Source: Macrostomum lignano (taxonomy: Eukaryota). From it: a stretch of 64,000 bases of DNA. Shown in pieces: positions 59,395-64,000 of this stretch. Both the position numbers and the translations under genes were made by a program. Position 1 is the first letter of the stretch. Each line of letters opens with the position of its first letter. A model generated the notes under the pieces. It was not told the origin of the DNA. It worked only from the letters and a program-made list of their open reading frames with translations, and made no database searches. Location of the stretch: positions 62,001 through 126,000 of the forward strand of contig NIVC01000341.1 of NCBI GenBank assembly GCA_002269645.1, written 5' to 3'.

Positions 59395-62300
59395 TCAGCC
59401 CTCAGAATCCGCAGCCAGACTGAGGCCGTCTTGAGCAGTTGTGCATCGACCTGCAGACGGGAAGCTGATCGATTTTGGTATCCCTCTCCGGTGACACGCA
59501 CGGCAGCAACGTCGACGATTGAGTAGTCTCAAGCAGTAGTCACTGTTGCTATGGAGATCTGAGGGTCCAGCAGCCGATCCAGAGTCAACATTGGTCTCCA
59601 ACGTGTCTGTCGAAGTCCACAGATGGTCGGTTTGGTTGTTGTCGTAACAATCAGTTGACGAACAGTTCCGACTCTCTAGGGACTCCAGTCGATTTATTAG
59701 GTGCTGGTTGTGCGACTTCAGCTGCTGGAACATGTCAACTAGGCGGTCGAACTCCGCCTGTCAGGGGGAGTCGTGTAGGATTAATTGGGGAGAGGGTGGA
59801 TGGATTGGGGAGAGGGCGGATGGATTGGAGAGAGGGCGGATGGATTGGAGAGAGGGCGGATGGATTGTAGAGAGGGCGGATGGATTGGGGAGAGGGCGGA
59901 TGGATTGGGGAGAGGGCGGATGGATTGGAGAGAGGGCGGATGGATTGGGGAGAGGGCGGATGGATTGGAGAGAGGGCGGATGGATTGTAGAGAGGGCGGA
60001 TGGATTGGGGAGAGGGCGGATGAATTAGTGAGAGGGCGGATGGATTGGGGAGAGGGCGGATGGATTTTAGAGAGGGCGGATGGATTTTAGAGAGGGCGGA
60101 TGGATTTTAGAGAGGGCGGATGGATTGAGGAGAGGGTGGGTGGATTGGAGAGAGGGCGGATGCTTTGGAGAGAGGGCGGATGGATTGGGGAGAGGGCGGA
60201 TGGATTGGGGAGAGGGCGGATGGATTGGAGAGAGGGCGGATGGATTGGGGAGAGGGCGGATGGATTGGAGAGAGGGCGGATGGATTGTAGAGAGGGCGGA
60301 TGGATTGGGGAGAGGGCGGATGAATTAGTGAGAGGGCGGATGGATTGGGGAGAGGGCGGATGGATTTTAGAGAGGGCGGATGGATTGAGGAGAGGGTGGG
60401 TGGATTGGAGAGAGGGCGGATGGATTGGGGAGAGGGCGGATGGATTGGAGAGAGGGCGGATGGATTGGAGAGAGGGCGGATGGATTGGGGAGAGGGCGGA
60501 TGGATTGGGGAGAGGGCGGATGGATTGGAGAGAGGGCGGATGGATTGAGGAGAGGGTGGGTGGATTGGAGAGAGGGCGGATGGATTGGAGAGAGGGAGGA
60601 TGGATTGGAGAGAGGGCGGATGGATTGGGGAGAGGGCGGGTGGATTGGGGAGTGGGCTGAGTGGCAAACGCCTATTTAAAAAGCAATCAAGTAATTATCC
60701 GTTCAAGAGTGCAAGCAATTAGCACACCTCAGTGTAGCCCTTGAACACCTCCCCATCCTGAGCAGTTTCGGTGGCTGCAACTTCCGGATTCGCTGTCAGC
60801 GTGTCTGCCGTTGTCTCCGTCGTCTCCGGCGGCTCAAGAAACAGCCTGTCAGGCAGGAGCAGAAGCTGGCCGCATGGAGCGCATCGTAGGCTAATTAGTG
60901 TGCCACCTGGGCCCAGGCGGGCATCAACCAGGTGGTGGATGAGCAGTCGACCGCCCGCAGCCTCGGTCACGGGCACAGAGCCGCAGCTGATCAACTCGTA
61001 GCCAACTGTGTGCCGATTGGAATTCGGCGACACCTGAAAAATCAAAAAGTTTTACTCAATAGATGAAAACCTTACGCATTGCGTGTACCGCTTGCAATGC
61101 AGCTTGTCAAGTGCACTCCGTTAAGCAGAGTTTGGCTTTTGAGTTAAGTTTATATAGGCGAGACTAAGCCAATACCATTATGGATGCCTCAGTCTTTTCC
61201 CATTTAGCTTGTAAACACTTAGCTTGTTTGGCCACTGAGATGGAAAGGGCCATTCCATGGCATTCATAGACATCAACCGTGACAATGGAAACTCCTATTT
61301 TGTATTTTTACCTTTATATTTAGGCAGACAAGAGCAATAACTTCAATAAGCCTGAACAGTAGTTTGTTAGTAACCTGTATATTTAATAGCAGTAGTAGGG
61401 AGCGAATTGGAATTAGATTAGTGCTATGTCCACAGTTTTCAAATGCAAGTACATGTAAGCCTAGAGAGGGCATACTTCTTTAACCAATTGCCGCCTGCAA
61501 ATGTCCGACAGGCAAACGTCGGCTGGCAAACGTCGGCTGGCAAACGTCCCGCAGGCGTCGTCCCTGACACCCAGAATCGGCGCTGTTTATGACACTGAGA
61601 ATTGGCGCCATCCCTGACACCGAGAATTGGCGCCATCCCTGACACCCAGAATCGGCGCCGTCCCTGACACCGAGAATTGGCGCCATCCCTGACACCCAGA
61701 ATCGGCGCCGTCCCTGACACCGAGAATTGGCGCCATCCCTGACATCGAGAATTGGCGACATCCCTGACACCCAGAATCGGCGCCATCCCTGACACCCAGA
61801 ATCGGCGCCGTCCCTGACACCCAGAATCGGCGCCGTCCCTGACACCGAGAATTGGCGCCATCTTTGACACCCAGAATCGGCGCCGTCCCTGACATCGAGA
61901 ATTGGCGCCATCCCTGACACCCAGAATCGGCGCCATCCCTGACACCGAGAATTGGCGCCATCCCTGACACCCAGAATCGGCGCCGTCCCTGACACCCAGA
62001 ATCGGCGCCGTCCCTGACAACCCGCGGAGCTCAGATGTATGCCTGCCGGACGAATTTTTCCCCTTCTATAAGATCCGCCTGTAGCCTCGAGCAATTTTCC
62101 CATAGCAACCAGACCGGCATTCATATACGGGTGCCTGACACTGAGCGTGTCGATCAGAGATAATTGGGATCGCTTCCTGCTTGATGATGGTTCGGCTAAT
62201 TATCTGCCGCCGTGTGCGCCATGTAGTTCTCCTTATCTCTCTCATCTCTAGGAATCGCTATAGTCTCGCCAGTGCAGGCAGACGTCAGTGACTGACCCAC

Positions 62301-62657
62301 CCCCGCGCGCTCCAACCCCCTCCACAGCCCCGAGAAAATCGATTAACCCCCAGCAGAGAAAATAGATAACTACTCTACTGCTCCGATGATGTCGTCTAAT
62401 TTAATCGCAAGACATTTCCTGACCCGGCCAGCTCATCTCCTTCTCAAGCGAGGTCGGCATTGCATTCTCAATGGGCTCCCTGGTGCCAGCTCTGCTCCAG
62501 CACTGTGCTGCTCGCTCCCAGAAAAAAGTTATCTCATTATCTCGTTTCTCTGACGATGCGTTGCTAGCGGTAAACAAGTTGGTTTTATTCGATTCGAGGG
62601 CTGCAGTAGTCATGTATGCTTGGCCTTCATATGCCTTCTGAAACTCAAGTTTAGGAA
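59395..62657 (-). CDS. 3' part of a divergent putative cyclic-nucleotide-gated (CNG-like) channel
   Basis: Exons 61033-60728 and 59757-59395 join in frame (GT-AG, phase 0). The last exon starts AEFDRLVDMFQQLKSHNQHLINRLESLE, like the CNGA C-terminal leucine zipper. An upstream ORF at ~62430-62657 reads EFQKAYEGQAYM...WSRAG...MPTSLEKEM, like a C-linker. The middle exon is weakly CNBD-like. Linking of the upstream exon is unresolved and the family call is tentative. Confidence 0.45.
59785..60655. repeat. 20-bp G-rich minisatellite filling the last intron of the channel-like gene
   Basis: Unit tggattggggagagggcgga. Confidence 0.97.
61560..62020. repeat. 25-bp minisatellite
   Basis: Unit tccctgacacccagaatcggcgccg and variant tccctgacaccgagaattggcgcca. 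Confidence 0.95.
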
Positions 62658-62784
62658 CTTGGGAAAAATTGAAAGTACTTACGAGTATGAGCTCGTTTCC
62701 TGCTTGCGAATAGCTTTCCGAAATCCTCTGTCTCCTTGCTTCCTTGCCCACTCCTTTCTTTTCTTTCCTCCTACCCCTTTATCC

Positions 62785-64000
62785 CCTCCTCTCTTCCTCA
62801 CCATCCTTTCCTTCATACCCTCCTCTCTTCCTCACCATCCTTTCCTTCATACCCTCCTCTCTTCCTCACCATCCCTTCATTCATACCCTCCCCTCTTCCT
62901 CACCATCCTTTCCTTCATACCCTCCTCTCTTCCTCATCATCCTTTCATTCATACCCTCCCCTCTTCCTCACCATCCTTTCCTTCATACCCTCCTCTCTTC
63001 CTCATCATCCTTTCATTCATACACTCCTCTCTTCCTCACCATCCTTTCCTTCATACCCTCCTCTCTTCCTCACCATCCTTTCCTTCATACCCTCCTCTCT
63101 TCCTCACCATCCTTTCATTCATACCCTCCTCTCTTCCTCACCATCCTTTCCTTCATACCCTCCTCTCTTCCTCATCATCCTTTCATTCATACACTCCTCT
63201 CTTCCTCACCATCCTTTCCTTCATACCCTCCTCTCTTCCTCACCATCCTTTCCTTCATACCCTCCTCTCTTCCTCACCATCCTTTCATTCATACCCTCCT
63301 CTCTTCCTCACCATCCTTTCATTCATACCCTCCCCTCTTCCTCACCATCCTTTCCTTCATACCCTCCTCTCTTCCTCATCATCCTTTCATTCATACACTC
63401 CTCTCTTCCTCACCATCCTTTCCTTCATACCCTCCTCTCTTCCTCACCATCCTTTCCTTCATACCCTCCTCTCTTCCTCACCATCCTTTCATTCATACCC
63501 TCCTCTCTTCCTCACCATCCTTTCATTCATACCCTCCCCTCTTCCTCACCATCCTTTCCTTCATACCCTCCTCTCTTCCTCATCATCCTTTCATTCATAC
63601 ACTCCTCTCTTCCTCACCATCCTTTCCTTCATACCCTCATCTCTTCCTCACCATCCTTTTATTCATACCCTCCCCTCTTCCTCACCATCCTTTCCTTCAT
63701 ACCCTCCCCTCTTCCTCACCATCCTTTCCTTCATACCCTCCTCTCTTCCTCACCATCCTTTCATTCATACCCTCCCCTCATCCTCACCATCCTTTCCTTC
63801 ATACCCTCCCCTCTTCCTCACCATCCTTTCATTCATACCCTCCTCTCTTCCTCACCATCCTTTCCTTCATACCCTCCTCTCTTCCTCACCATCCTTTCAT
63901 TCATACCCTCCTCTCTTCCTCACCATCCTTTCCTTCATACCCTCCCCTCTTCCTCACCATCCTTTCCTTCATACCCTCCCCTCTTCCTCACCATCCTTTC
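62785..64000. repeat. 34-bp pyrimidine-rich minisatellite, runs off the right edge
   Basis: Unit ccctcctctcttcctcaccatcctttccttcata. Confidence 0.97.

Overview
Eukaryotic (animal) genomic DNA. GC-rich exons are separated by a different minisatellite in almost every intron and intergenic gap. This resembles a Macrostomum-type flatworm genome, but the species is my inference and cannot be proven from the sequence. (1) Bases ~1-18,870 are a non-coding mosaic array built from indel-riddled ankyrin-repeat coding fragments, all on the minus strand. It includes four 47-bp tandem arrays (29, 7, 14 and 12 copies) of the ankyrin core SQNGHHEVVDLLIKAQ. The plus (antisense) strand folds into recurrent short hairpins with G.U pairs and compensatory changes. 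This is the most unusual part of the window. (2) Bases 19.9-44.6 kb hold six co-oriented plus-strand genes: DHX16/Prp2 (6 exons), an orphan ORF, NUPR1-like, ZDHHC16, DERA (3 exons) and a CHP/calcineurin-B-like EF-hand gene (2 exons). DERA has no in-frame ATG, and DERA and ZDHHC16 both have phase-0 splice acceptors, compatible with a spliced-leader-donated AUG. (3) Bases 51.5-62.7 kb hold two minus-strand genes: a GABA-B/GPR156-like class C GPCR that appears to lack a Venus flytrap domain, and the 3' part of a divergent putative cyclic-nucleotide-gated channel. A tRNA-derived CORE/Meta-type SINE lies in a GPCR intron. All protein family calls come from motif recognition by eye, not from database searches.
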